A stretch of DNA of 61,223 nt, the filler included, from Sphacelaria rigidula (lineage: Eukaryota): NCBI GenBank assembly GCA_964200075.2. It is 7 parts of 7 records of this genome, joined end to end, with 100 filler letters (N's around TTAATTAATTAA, not from the genome) between each part and the next. Parts side by side here need not be neighbours in the genome. Positions count along the whole stretch, not along the records: positions 35,048 to 43,706 come from CAXNAA020010466.1; positions 43,807 to 52,465 come from CAXNAA020010467.1; 5 more parts are not named here. The stretch is one strand, 5' to 3'. Positions 38,401 through 50,660 of the stretch are shown piece after piece; within the stretch, counting starts at the first letter, position 1; each line of letters begins with the position of its first letter. The notes below the pieces were generated by a model that saw nothing but the letters and a program-made list of their open reading frames with translations, did not search any database and was not told the origin of the DNA. The position numbers and the translations under genes are program-made.

Positions 38401-41400
38401 GTTGTGTATGTTGTGTTGTCCCATTTATTCTGGGCGCCAGTCTACACCTTTCGGTATATGTGGGCGCATCAGCCGGGGTCACACAGGAGGAAGGTAAACA
38501 CAGGAGCTTTTCTTATGTTTTTTAATACCCCGCCTTCCTTCTGCGGTGCTTGCCTTTGTTTCTTTTATCGCAAGAGGGGTTCAGCAGTCCCTTTCTCTCG
38601 TCGACCGTTAAGTCGAATTTTGTGTACCCACGACAAAGTCGCTNNNNNNNNNNGGGCATGGTGTGAGAAAAGATCCCAGATCGCTCCGGGAATCGAACCC
38701 CACTACCCAAGCGTCAAAAGGTTGCGAGGTCACCAACTGAGCCACCGGGGCGACCGGGATTGCCCGGAATAAATGGCCAATTTCACGAATGACACAAAAT
38801 GAGATATTGCGTACATCTTATTACAAGAGGTGGTATTAAACACTGGTAGCTCTTGCGGGATGAACAATATAAGAAAATGGATAAAAGACCCCGGGGGGTG
38901 GCTTCAAAACACCCCCCCCTCCCGGCCCCCCGCCGGGGTATTCAGCCTTGTCCGGCGAAAAACCGGCCTACTCCGTCCCACCCTTGTAGGGATGGATCCC
39001 CCTATGGGGTTGGCGTCAGTTGACAAGGACGCTGTAAAACACGCCACTCATCGCGTAAGATAGGCAATCAGTTTGCCGGGTTTTTTGCGTTGTTTTTTTG
39101 CGGTAACCATGATGGTCGAGCTAGATCCCGTTGTACGGGGTGGGAAAACCTCGACTCCGCGCAAAGGAGATGATTGTACTACGAAGTGTTGAAATGGTGA
39201 GACACCCATGAGGGAATGTATAAGCCATGGCTGTCTTTGGAGGTGGCGATACCAGAAAATAAAGTAAGTCGTTGAAGGCTGTCATCCATATGCAAAATAA
39301 TCAGTAGGCTTCGGGCCGAACAATCGTAGCAAGATGCAGCTCACCCTTCATGCGACTCGCCGAACAAGTCACGGCGCTTCGCGCTTGGTGATTGATTGCG
39401 ACCCTGGTCCGGCGGAAACCCGGCGTGCTCCGTCCCGGCTTTGTAGGGATGCAAGGTCATTGTTCTTCTGACCAAGGCATGCAAGATCATAAGTGCACCC
39501 TCTGGGATAGCCGGGGTTCTTCCTGGACACACCGGGTCGATTTTAGGGGCATTAAACCGCCTCCTCCGCCCTGACCGCAAAAAACGACATACCTCGCTTA
39601 ATTTTTTTCTCGGTATTTCATGAGTGCTTCGGCCACCTGTAGAAACCCCTTCTTTCAAAAGTATCACGCATTTTTGTTTTTCAAACGAAGGAAAATGAAA
39701 ATGAGCTCCAAATACGAAAACGAAAAATTGGAGGGGAAAAGCGAAAAAAAAAATGGTCGAGGCAAAAAGAGGATGATAAAAATGAAAAGAAAGGCCCAGC
39801 AATGTCGGGGCTCGAAATCTCGTTTGAAATTTTTGAGGTGGGCAATAGCGATGCATCATTTGTCCGTACCGGCCACTTTTTTCTGTCCAGAGTGATACTT
39901 GCCTCACACTTTGTTTTTGAGGACCGTTTGACCAGCACTGCTGCTCCCCGTCGACTCTCGGTGATTTGTTTTTCTTCCCCTTTTACAACGTGTATCCTCA
40001 CGCTTTTTTTTTCACCAACGGGCGGACAAGAACAGAGTCTGCTCGAAAAGACGCCATCTGTTGCTGTCCAAATCCGCAAATTTCAGCTCCTTCCCACCCG
40101 AGCCATTGGTGTACCATTTTAATTTAGGCCACCGGTACGCGGCGGGAATGTATGGCGTGGAAAGCAAATGCTGTTTTTTTCAACAGTAAGAAACAAGTCA
40201 GCGGTTGCGGACCACGAGATACGCGCCATATGCGGTCATTCGTCATTGGGGGTCATGTTCGCAGTGAGCGAGGAGCTGGCCAGCTGAAGCGTCGGGAGTT
40301 CCGGCGTTACAAGAGCGGTCGGTGATGATTGTCCTGAAAGAGGGTCTGGCGCTCGGGATTAAGAGATAACACCCAGCGGGTTGAGCTGACGAACATCGTG
40401 TTCTATAGCCCAACAGATTGTTTTGCTGCTGACTGTACTGCAGTACAAGCCTTGACAAAGTTTAGCTGATTCTAACGGGACCGATGGGACAGCCTACTAC
40501 GTGCACGTTTAACAGTCATTTGATGTACTAACGGATCCAGTCCGAAAAACAACTGAGTCGCGACGTTCTTATGTTTTGACTACCGATGAAGTGTCTGTAG
40601 GATACCAGGGAGCATAAGGTGTGAATCACACAGCTTTTGCTGTTTGACGGTTCAGTCACCCCCAAACACGTGAATGGGCGGACAGCTCATGAGCTACCTA
40701 AAATAACTCGTCCAAGAGGACTCTCAGACCCGTTTTCCAACACCCAATATGTGACGGCGGGGTCCGAGAAGCTGAAGCGCTACTTCCCTTCGCGCTATTC
40801 GGCGTGCTCGGCGCCCAGCGCCGTAGAGAGCAAATGTGGAAAGAGGGGCCAAATGAGCTGGGTCATGATCCGGATCAGTACACTAAGAAGAAGTAATATT
40901 CAAGTAGCTCATGAGCCGTCCGACGTGTGAATGAGTGTGACAAAAAACAAACAAACGATCAGTACACTCGTGCGAACACCCGATTTGTAGGTTTGACTTA
41001 TTTATCAGCCTGACGGATTCAGCAACAACTCAGAGTCGACTGGCAGGCCCGTAGTTGAGTTCGATCCTCCCGAGAGAGGAGGCCTACAGGAGCATATTGC
41101 CCGAATAGAAGGGACATGCACCCGCAGTGCCGCAGTGCTGGAGATGTGAACTCTCGTATTGCATTCTCTTTCATCTCGCACAGCCGAAACACTCAAACAA
41201 GTCTGTTGTCTCCGTCATGTTATTGTGTGATTTTATTCTTTTGTTGAGCCGTCTGTCTTCTTGTCTGCCTGCACCTCTCTCCGTCTCTCTCGCTCTCTCC
41301 ATCCTTTTGATGCACAGCGGCCGAAACAGCAGACGACCTTCTACCAACCCACACGACGGCCCTTCCTCCCCGATCCATCTCCTCATCTTCCTCAACCAAC

Positions 41401-42301
41401 CCCACCATGAGCCACAACCCAGCGACACCAACACCAACAGCACCTCCACACGCAACAACGGCAACAGCAACATCGGTGAAGGTGGACAACGCCTTCTTAC
41501 ATTCCGCACTCCTTGGGCTGATGCGCGACCCGGCGTCCACTCTCCTACCCCGCACCGTTTCCGAGTACATGATTGGCAACATGTCCAACTTTTCGACCGC
41601 CGCCGCTGCTCTATCCGCCGCGGGTCACGGCGTCACCGGTGAAACCAGCGGCGGCGACGGCGGCATCGTCTCGATAGCGACGACGGCCGGGCGCGTTAGC
41701 ACCGTGGATGTTGTCAGCGGCGATGGGGGCGGTGGCAGGGGCAGCAGCGAGCCGGGAGTAGATGGCGTTCGCAGTATCAGCATCGAATCTGATTCGGTGT
41801 TCCTGCGAGCAGCCGCTGGTGGCGGCGGCAGCGGCGCGGACAGCGGGGAGGGCTCGGGCAGCGTCTCGCTCGCGCCGGTTGCCGCCGCCAATCCGGCCAT
41901 TGTGGTGGAAACGGGTTCCGCCGGCGCGACAGGGCAACAGGGGCAGCCGGATCACGTGGTGCACGGTCGCGGGGATGAAGCGAATTTGCGCGGGACTTTA
42001 CCCGTGGCTACGGTGGCGGCGGCGGCTGCGGCGGCGGTGGGGAGTGAAGGTCACGCATGGGAGAAGGGATCTGTGGTGTTTACGGCGGCCAGTCCGGCGT
42101 CTCAACTGCCCACGGACTACTTGCCGGGACCGGGTATTTCGTTGATGAGATCCCAGAGTGTCGGACTGGGTGTGTCGGGGTTGACCGGGACCGGGGAGTA
42201 CCATGGCTACCATCGCTGGAGGGAAAGGAGTGGCGAAACTATCGGCGCCGGGAGTGCTGCCGCCGCCGCCGCTGCTGCTGCTGCTGCTGCGACATCTGTC
42301 G
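35423..42301 (+). CDS. Uncharacterised protein, internal exons 35423-35515, 36382-36444, 38211-38289, 41318-42301
   Basis: GT..AG-bounded, phase-compatible exons: MMVVMKRVKWDG...HDELK | ARLLFKARDLVPCALCGLNTQ | VNLTADNIMELV...DHS | AAETADD...VKVDNAFLHSALLGLMRDP... Family not recognised. Confidence 0.7.
38396..38757 (-). mobile_element. tRNA-derived SINE
   Basis: Pol III A box TGGCTCAGTTGG (38744-38733), B box GGTTCGATTCC (38699-38689), conserved body and (CAACA)n-like tail; copies at 24329-24700, 60250-60608 and fragment 49902-49950. Confidence 0.85.
38888..39500 (+). repeat. Near-complete repeat family A element with two ~50-bp internal direct repeats
   Basis: CC.TGTCCGGCG.AAA.CCGGC.T.CTCCGTCCC..C.TTGTAGGGATG at 38946-38995 and 39402-39451. 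Confidence 0.8.
40677..40924. mobile_element. Small MITE-like element, ~22-bp TIRs
   Basis: GGCGGACAGCTCATGAGCTACC versus AGTAGCTCATGAGCCGTCCGAC (inverted). Confidence 0.55.
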
Positions 42302-45300
42302 GTAAGGGGTTGTGATTCAGAACCCACGCTAATGAATCGTCGATGCGATTTATTCATTCATTATGTGTGCCCAGATCAAGTCAGTGGCCAGGTCCAGATT
42401 TGTTTTCCTCTTGTGTGTGTGTGCGTGTGTCGCGTTCGTCCTGCGCATAGTGTCGAATTTCCTTTGGCGAGATTTGCCGATCGGTTAATGTTAATGCGCA
42501 ACAATCAATCAGATTGTAGTTCAATCATGATGTCGAGCACGAGTGACTACACGTGCATTGATTGATGGATTGGTTGTCGCTCATTAACTTATCACCTAGG
42601 GACGAGGTAGTGGTCATTATCCACAACATACAGGCTGGTTCACGGGTATCAGCCTAAAAACATTCATACGTTAAACTTCACGCCGTTTTTAGAGATTAGT
42701 TAGACCGTGGCATTTTGCATAATTTTGCGATCGGTCATCACGCAACTTTCCGAAGCCGAAGATTTTCCATCGTTTTCCGAGGGCTCTACAGTAGTTTTGG
42801 GGGGGGGGGACGTCGATCCCGTCAGACCCTCGGAAAACGGTGAAAAATGGTGGAAACGTCAATAGAAAGAGCAACCTTCGAAAGTTGCGTGATGACCCAA
42901 AGCACATTTGTGCAAAGTTGCAGGGTCTAACTAACTCCTAACAACGACGTGAAGTTCTGCGCGTTCGTTCCATGACGTGAGCTTGAAACGTTCCAGCTCC
43001 TAACTACTTGGTTTTAGGATGAAAACGTCTTTTGGGGGATGTATTTTACGTCAAGGCGAGAGAAACTTCATGAGGTTTTCGAGTATCTCGACCAATTTTT
43101 GTACATTTGTTCGTTGGGACTACCCCAAGAAACATCATGTTTTTTTCTTCTAAGTCATTTTCTATCGCCTTCCGGGGGTCCTCAGATTGCGACCCCCAGA
43201 AGCCGGTAGAGAACGGAGAAACTCTGGAATATTGTCAAGAATACAATTTTTCTAGTCGGAGCATGAGTACCTACGGAACTGCCACGTTTGAGGGCGATCT
43301 ACGCTTTTCTACGACAGATACAAGGGGAATCGTCACGAGGCTCCCTGGGTCTTTCGCGCGTATCATCAGTGGGAAGTAGACGACGCCAAAACCGCACATC
43401 GCCGAAACACCACGCTTTCGGGTATAATTCGACCCCGTAGTAACCGTGTTAGATTCTCGAGCTTATGAGGGTTACTACGATTTGAAGCATGTGGAAATTG
43501 AGGAGAAATTGGCCTGGGAATTCGTATATTCGATTTCAGAATAATTTGAAGCGCGCTGATTGGTCGAGGTACCTCTTCGCCCTTAGCGCCACCACTATGG
43601 CCTTGAACACGAATCGGGCTATGTCACGCTCTTCAGCTGTCCATGGCGGTCAGTATGATATCATGTATGCAACTGTTGGGTAGGTGTTGCGAAAGGCATT
43701 TGCTGANNNNNNNNNNNNNNNNNNNNNNNNNNNNNNNNNNNNNNNNNNNNTTAATTAATTAANNNNNNNNNNNNNNNNNNNNNNNNNNNNNNNNNNNNNN
43801 NNNNNNCCCCCCCGGTGCACACGCCTTGCATTTTTGTCTCGCGGATTGAATCAGCACTACTTTCACCAATCCCGCACTGCGTCGACTGTCGTGGAACAAA
43901 TTTATTGAAGCACACCCATTTTGTCACTTACATACGTCCCGACACATTCAACCACGGAAACCAGATACTTTGGAAAAAAAAAAAAAGTATGGCGAGAATC
44001 AAACCCCCCTTCCTCCCACCCTAATGCTGTCAGCGCTACCATTTTAATTCAAAACCACCGTGACGGCGGCGACTGCATAACCCAACGATTACAAGAAACC
44101 GAGAGTGTACCCGAAAATACACGGAAAGCTGTCCTACTTCACACAGGGCCATATAGTGCATATACCCCCGCGGGGCCGCGGTCGCGTGAACGTGTTTTCT
44201 TGTGCTGTATTATAGTACAATGCGTGCGGTCGAGGTTCTCGTTGACAAGTCGTACCCGAGGACGTAGCCTGAACCTGGACCTTGGGCCTCTACTCCGTGT
44301 GCGCCTGAAATCCTTGAAATGTCTCACCCGTGTGTACTTCTACAGCGGTACATTAGTGAGTACGAGTGGATGCTTTTGCGAAAAGAGGAAGGGATATCGC
44401 CGCGTTTTGATTTCTGAGAATGAGCGAAAAAGCGGCGATTCCCGTTAATAAAGTGGAAAAATCGATGTTTCGCTAAACATCTTGAGTTCGCTCCCCCCCC
44501 CCCCCCCCCCTCGTTTTGTTCAGGTTGATCCTGATTGGCCATGCGGTCGTTTCCGGTTATCGTTTGTTGTTTGGAGAAAAATCTTGGGCAAGAAAATATC
44601 CTATGATAAGTCATGACCGCTGAAAGCTGTGGTTCCTCCATCATACTGTACATCTCCGGAGTTGTTCCTTCTTCCGTTTTTTCTCCTCTTTTTTTTCTTT
44701 ATTTCTTTCCTCCGAGTCGATCCTCCGTTCGCTGTCCATCACTTCACGTGCAAAAGTGCTGGAATTCTGTCTCAATATTGGGCGAGATATTGACACCTCC
44801 TTTGTCGGCATCATTCCCAATAACGTAATCCCCGACCTTAAGCGGACTGTTTTCTCATCACTACGTATATTTTGGTTCCAATGAAAGTGATCAAGGAGTA
44901 CTCCCGGCGATATCTCACCCGAGACATGAGAATTCACAGAAGACGGATTTTTTTAGGAGAGGGACGAACCGATAATTCGGAGGATTTCATCACCGTAGCT
45001 GTTGTTCGTGAGCGATCAAGGCCAATCCACTGAATTTGAATGTTTTGACATACAAATTCATATTTCTCGACGGAAATTCCGGAAGAATGATGGGAGAAGA
45101 GAGACGGAACGACGAGGAGGAGACGCTCATTACCGTATCCTAGCTGTTTTTTTTTTTAATGGGTATCCGAGGCTATCCGACTGAAATGCAAGTACTGTAC
45201 GAAAGATAGCACACGCACGTTGAAATAAAACATACGGGAACTGACTGCGGTATATTAATGCGCAAAAAGTATATCCACCTATGTAGGTGGATCCTTATTT

Positions 45301-45835
45301 CCACCGTGACCTTTTATCATGACCGATCCCGCGTTGTTTTTTTAAATTCGGGAGCCCACATTTTTTTAATCAGCTGCCCGTTACCAACGTTTTCAAACAA
45401 GGTGAAACCTTCACGCGTAGTACCGGAGTGCAGGCACAGCAGTAACATACACACAGTAAACAAAGTGAAGCCTTCACGTGTAGTACCGTAGTGCAGGCAG
45501 TAGTCAATAGTCATATCCTGTGCATCTGCATCCACTGTCATGGACGTGCATCTGCATGTGACCTCGAACCCTACAGTGAAGACGGTATAGTACTGTACTG
45601 TATTGGCAAAGCACAGCTGCCTACTGTGCTCGCGAGTACAGCCCGTGCTCGCAACCTGGCAGAGTACAGCCTGTACTCGGACATGGAGTAGTACAAGATA
45701 GCAAGGACAGGCTACAGCTGTGCCGTGGTTGCGAAGCATAGCCTATACTTGTGATGTCGTACTGTTCGCAAAACCCACGGCCTGTATTGTAAATACTCTT
45801 GCCTGCTGCAACACCCTGGCACTGCGTTGTACTAC

Positions 45836-46020
45836 TAACAACTTTTTGGTGAGATTAAGAGTAGAGCGCTGATTGAGAGTGGCTTTGATAATTCGCTGTA
45901 ACTTTGCCAATTTTTCATTCCGTGTGTGCTTTTCTTCGCCTCCATCACTGGCGTGTGCTTACAGCTACACGTCAATATCCTAGTCAGGGATATCAAGGGC
46001 CTTAGTCGCAAGCTACTAGT
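45836..46020 (+). repeat. Truncated copy of the 12365 MITE
   Basis: GTGAGATTAAGAGTAGAGCGCTGATTGAGA...CTGGCGTGTGCTTACAGC...GATATCAAGGGCC. Confidence 0.85.
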
Positions 46021-46867
46021 GGCGCTCTCAAATTCAAAGATTTGGCTCTGGTTTTGCTCGTAACCCGAACCCAGTTTGTTTGAAAGCATCAGTAACGGGC
46101 TCCCGAATTGAAGAAAACAACGCCGGATGGGTCATGATAAAAGGTCACGGTGGAAATAAGGATCCAGCTATATAGGTGGATATACTTTTTGCGATATTAA
46201 TGAAACCTTCGAATGGGTCAACCGGTCCCCATTGTTCGAAATTCCGGGTCCTCACTCCGAAACTTCGACTGAAAAGAGCTTATTCACCTTCACATCACCA
46301 GCTGCTCGAGAATCTCATACTTGATTGTATATACGGTAGATGCTCCACCACTATTTGTTCTAGCTGCCATAGGGTTTTGGCCGGTTTCGAGTTGGATAAC
46401 GAAGCAAATGTCGTTATTTCCACCGGAGTGTCAGCCACATGCGCACCAAAATTAAGGGCGGCCGACCAACAACTCAGGCATGCGCTGATTCTTGTGTCAA
46501 AAGCTCCCTTCACCTATAGTGCGTGTCCCAGCGTAGTACGAAAGGATAAGGAAGTCCCGATTGGCCGGTCAGAACACGCGGCGCCGTCCGGGGGTGGCTG
46601 TCTGGTTACAGGATTTTTTTTCATTCTTTGGTGGTCTCATCTTTAGGTGCCGATTCCGCTGCTTGCCCCGGGGGCGTGTTTTTGTTTTTTTTCGGTGGGA
46701 CTATCCTGCAGCGGTGAAATTCTGGTGTACCCTACATGTCAACCAAAACAGTCATGGTCCAGAACACATAGCAAGGTCAGCAATCACTCGTGTGCTCAGG
46801 TCAGGCATTTGTTATTCCCCGCGTCCCGGATGTGACCGTGGTGTTTGATTTGCGGCGCAACTTACAG

Positions 46868-49683
46868 GTGTGCTTTCAGGAAATGGAGCCCCAGCAACCA
46901 GATGTCATTTTCCAGGGAGCTTCGAAGGAGGCAGCCGATCTGGCAATGGGCATGCTGCGTCTGGATCCCCGGAGTCGAACAGCAGCAGCAGACGCCCTGA
47001 AACACAAGTAAGTAAATGTTCAGTCACGCTGAGGGTACCAACAAGCCAGACGACGTTCATGCCTTTCCATCGCAGCCCCGGATTTCCAAGCGGACTTGCA
47101 TGCGAGATCTGGAGGAGACGCTACGGCGAGTATGGGTCAGCCGAAAATGACAGCCGTGAGAATTCGTTGGCTGCCAACAAACAGAGGTTTACCGCCTCTC
47201 CTCTCTCTCTGTGGGGATTGATTCGTGGGGATAAAATCGTATCCCGAAGATATCGCGCCTTCGTGGGAGTGGGCACCGGGATCGACCTTTGCGTCGTCAG
47301 CGGCTATGCGAGCCCTCGAGGGTGCTGTTTCGAGCGGTTGTTCTCGTCCGCCACACTCCGAAGTCCTTCACATTAGGGAGTGTCAGAAAACCTTTTTATG
47401 GTCATTTCAGAGTGCAAATATCTCAGGATCAGAGTGTAATGAAAAGTTATATTCCCCCTCCGTCAAATGTGGTATATCCCCGTCACTATTTTTCGATGAT
47501 TTGTTTTTTCATTCTGCGCTCTGATCCTAAGCTACAGTATTTGCACTCTGAAATGACGAAGAAGCGCTTTTCAGGACTCTCTATTTGCGTCTCTTTTTGA
47601 GGGGTGTATCGCCTCTTGCTGGCAGTCCTCATTGCTTTGCTGTTGTATGATTTGCCGCGACGAGAGTTGTTCATTTCAACTGCGGGTGTAAAGAAAAAAT
47701 CATGGCTGATATGGCCATAAAACGAAGGAGGGGAGGAGTTGTTGCTACTTGTCGTGCGGTACCTGGGAGCTTGCGTGTTGAATCTCGGGGGGTTGAGAGC
47801 CATCGGTAGAGACCTTTCAACACACGTCCTATCTACGAGTGACAAAGAAACATCTCGTCAGTTTATTTTTATTTTATCGCCACCTGGTACCTCTTGATAA
47901 CAGCTCGTGGTCCAGTGCATGCACTACTGGCACCCTGATTCACATTCTACGACCAACTTATCTTTTTTCCACCCTCGTGTCCTACAGTTGTTTGCCGGAG
48001 ATAATGATGACCTATTAATGGTCGTCTAATTTCGTATACTACTCAGATTTGTTTTTTGCACAAAAAATAGTAGACTCTACTACTACTGCACTACTACTGC
48101 ACGGCATACCACCATCTCGGAACGCAAAATAACACCGCAGCCTTTCTACTTCGCTCACTATGGGGTATTCCGGAACGCACTTCTCTCCTCCAAAATGCTC
48201 CTCCAAAATGCTCCTCCAAAATGCTCCTCCAAAATACTCCACGAACCCTACCTTCCAACCACACTTTCCTCCCTACTTTTGCGCTAACCGTATTCCACCA
48301 CTATACTGCCCAACACTGATATCGCATCGCCACCGAAAATGCAGCAGTAGTGACTCCCTTGATTGCCAAGCAACACAGCAATTTGCCACTGATCGATAGA
48401 ATACCACGCGCCCTTCACCACTTCATTGTCAATATTCGAGCAGGTTTTTCTTGGATCCAGAACCCACTCCATATCGCCTCCTTCCCCATGCCTCTGCAGC
48501 AACAGCATCGGCGAAGACGAGCAGGTTCGGCGGGGGAGGGGACGGTACACGCCGTCCCCGGGGTGCGGCGTTCTTGGATGAAGGCTGGCGAGACGCCGGT
48601 TTTTGAGTTTGTGGGAGGGCGTGTAGTTGTGTTGAGAATATACTGGGAGTCCAGGTTCGGTCGTGGGGGAGAGAATGATCGCGAGGATTGGACGAACCTA
48701 TCGGAGAGTGACGCTACGATTGGGGGGAGGGGGAGGCTGTACTCATGATCATGCATGCCATGGTCATGAGACCATTGACCTCGCATCCCTACAAAGCCGG
48801 GACGCAGCACGTCGGGTTTTCGCCGGACCCGGCTCGCAATCACCAAGCGCGAAGCGCCGTGGTGTGTTCGGCGAGTCGCATGAAGGGTGAGCTGCATCCT
48901 GCTAAGATTGCTCGGCCCGGAGCCTACTGATTATCTTGCATTTTGAATGACAGCCTACAATGAGTTGCTGTATTTTGTGGTATCATCACTTCCAGAGACA
49001 GCCGGGAGGGGGGGGGGGGCTCTTTGTTGCTTTCCTTAGTCCTTTGACCATTGACCACGCATCCTTTTCTAGACAGGGCAGCGATAGGGGGAGGGGTGTT
49101 TGATTCGACGAAAAATACGGCGTCACAGGTGTGACAGACCGCTTGACTACTCGCGGCGCGTTTTGTGTTTGAGTGAAATATGTGTCAAGTGTCTCTTAGT
49201 GGTAACAAGCGCGTTCGAACAACAAGTTTCTACCTTCAACGACGATTTGGGGTGGTGCTTCGCGGAAGAAATGGACCAAAATACCCCCGCACCCTAACGT
49301 AGCATCAATCCGGACTCCTGCACTGTTCAAGTGCCGCACTCCGCACCCTCGCTATACATGTTGTAGTATTACAGGAAAATATCGGAAGATGGGCGTTCAT
49401 ACGTTTTTGGGTAAAATACGGGAAGTCGGGATCCTTGTTGTGCGTGAGGCTCTATTTGTATTATTCCTCTTGTTTCCGAGCGGTGTGAACGACCCATCGG
49501 AGCAATCTAGCCATACTGCCGACGTCCATCGGAAGGCGTACTCGGCGGGGAGTTCGTCTTATCGCTCCCCTCTCCAGGTACGTCACCACTTCCCCCGCCC
49601 CGGTGAGCGACGAGAATATTGAGCTGCTTCAAAGACATAAAGTACAAGGTTTTCGCCAGATTGAGAGTCTAGCATTTGATTGA
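46868..49683 (+). CDS. Cyclin-dependent kinase C-terminus (CDK20/CCRK-like); exons 46868-47007 and 49578-49683 (stop)
   Basis: VCFQEMEPQQPDVIFQGASKEAADLAMGMLRLDPRSRTAAADALKH-K|YVTTSPAP... fits CMGC kinase subdomain XI; phase-2 GTAAGT..CTCCAG intron; TGA at 49681-49683. Subfamily assignment is by recalled similarity. Confidence 0.75.
48187..48240. repeat. 13-bp minisatellite (CTCCTCCAAAATG) x~4
   Basis: Read directly from the sequence. Confidence 0.9.
48737..49000 (-). repeat. Repeat family A copy (intronic)
   Basis: Reverse complement of 39230-39495. Confidence 0.9.
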
Positions 49684-49805
49684 GAGTGAGAACCTCAAGA
49701 ATCGGAAATCCTACTCCATTAATCGACTGGTGGTTTTCGGGAGAATACTTGGCAGAATCAGGCGAGGAGAGGCTCGAATAGAAGCTCATAGCCGTGAGAT
49801 GAATG

Positions 49806-49806
<1 letters not shown>

Positions 49807-49902
<96 letters not shown>
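49807..49902. repeat. Compound (TG)n(AG)n microsatellite abutting a SINE 3' fragment
   Basis: Read directly; 49902-49950 matches the SINE body end. Confidence 0.95.
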
Positions 49903-49904
<2 letters not shown>

Positions 49905-50598
49905 GTCATCCCATTTTCTCTGGATATCGGTCTACACCTTTCGGTATATGAATCCAACATATACATATAAGTATTATTGCATTTGACCTCTTCAAGCGGT
50001 AGGAATCTAGAACCCTAGATTTCCAGAAGTGGTCAATCAATGCCTGAGAAGGTTTCGCTACAGAGATGCCCCTCTAGGCCTTACACCAGGCCTTATTCGC
50101 TTCCTGTAGTAGGTTGCCACTGAAACCTCTGATATCCCTGAGTGGGATTTTGATGTATTGCTGTGAGCACACGACGTTGTTACAGGAGAAAAAGCTCACA
50201 CAAAATGACAATAAAAAAAATCAAGTTGGAGCGAATCATCAAACCCACTCTCCTTCACATACTAGAAATAATCTAAGGCCGCTTCTTATAGACTGGAAAA
50301 AATTCTCTCCGAGGACCGCCCTCTCGAACCTTTCATCACGGATTATTGCCGGAATACGGGCCTTGGCGGATTTGGCCTCCTCGAGAAGATTTGCTTTATG
50401 TTTCACGAGGATTTTAGCGCACCTTTTCCGATTGTTTGTACCCCCAACTTTACTTTTGACTGGATCCTGATTTTTTTCGGCCACCCCAAAAAAACTTCGA
50501 CTTGTAGGCAACATTCACGGGTCTTTCATCAATTCCTTGACGGGCATGATAAAGGGAACACACGGCTCGGTTATTCGTCGATTATTTCTGTTTCGAAA

Positions 50599-50660
50599 AA
50601 TGTATAGTGTTTAATGTATAGTGTTTAATGTATAGTGTTTTATGTATAGTGTTTTATGTA
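50599..50660. repeat. 14-bp minisatellite (AATGTATAGTGTTT) x~4
   Basis: Read directly from the sequence. Confidence 0.9.

Noticed and set aside
38680-38757. Functional tRNA gene
   Set aside because: No clean cloverleaf, copies are diverged, and it is always attached to the same body; it is a SINE head.
17861-49683. Functional cluster of transposase-derived gene, helicase and kinase
   Set aside because: The genes lie on different, artificially joined scaffolds.
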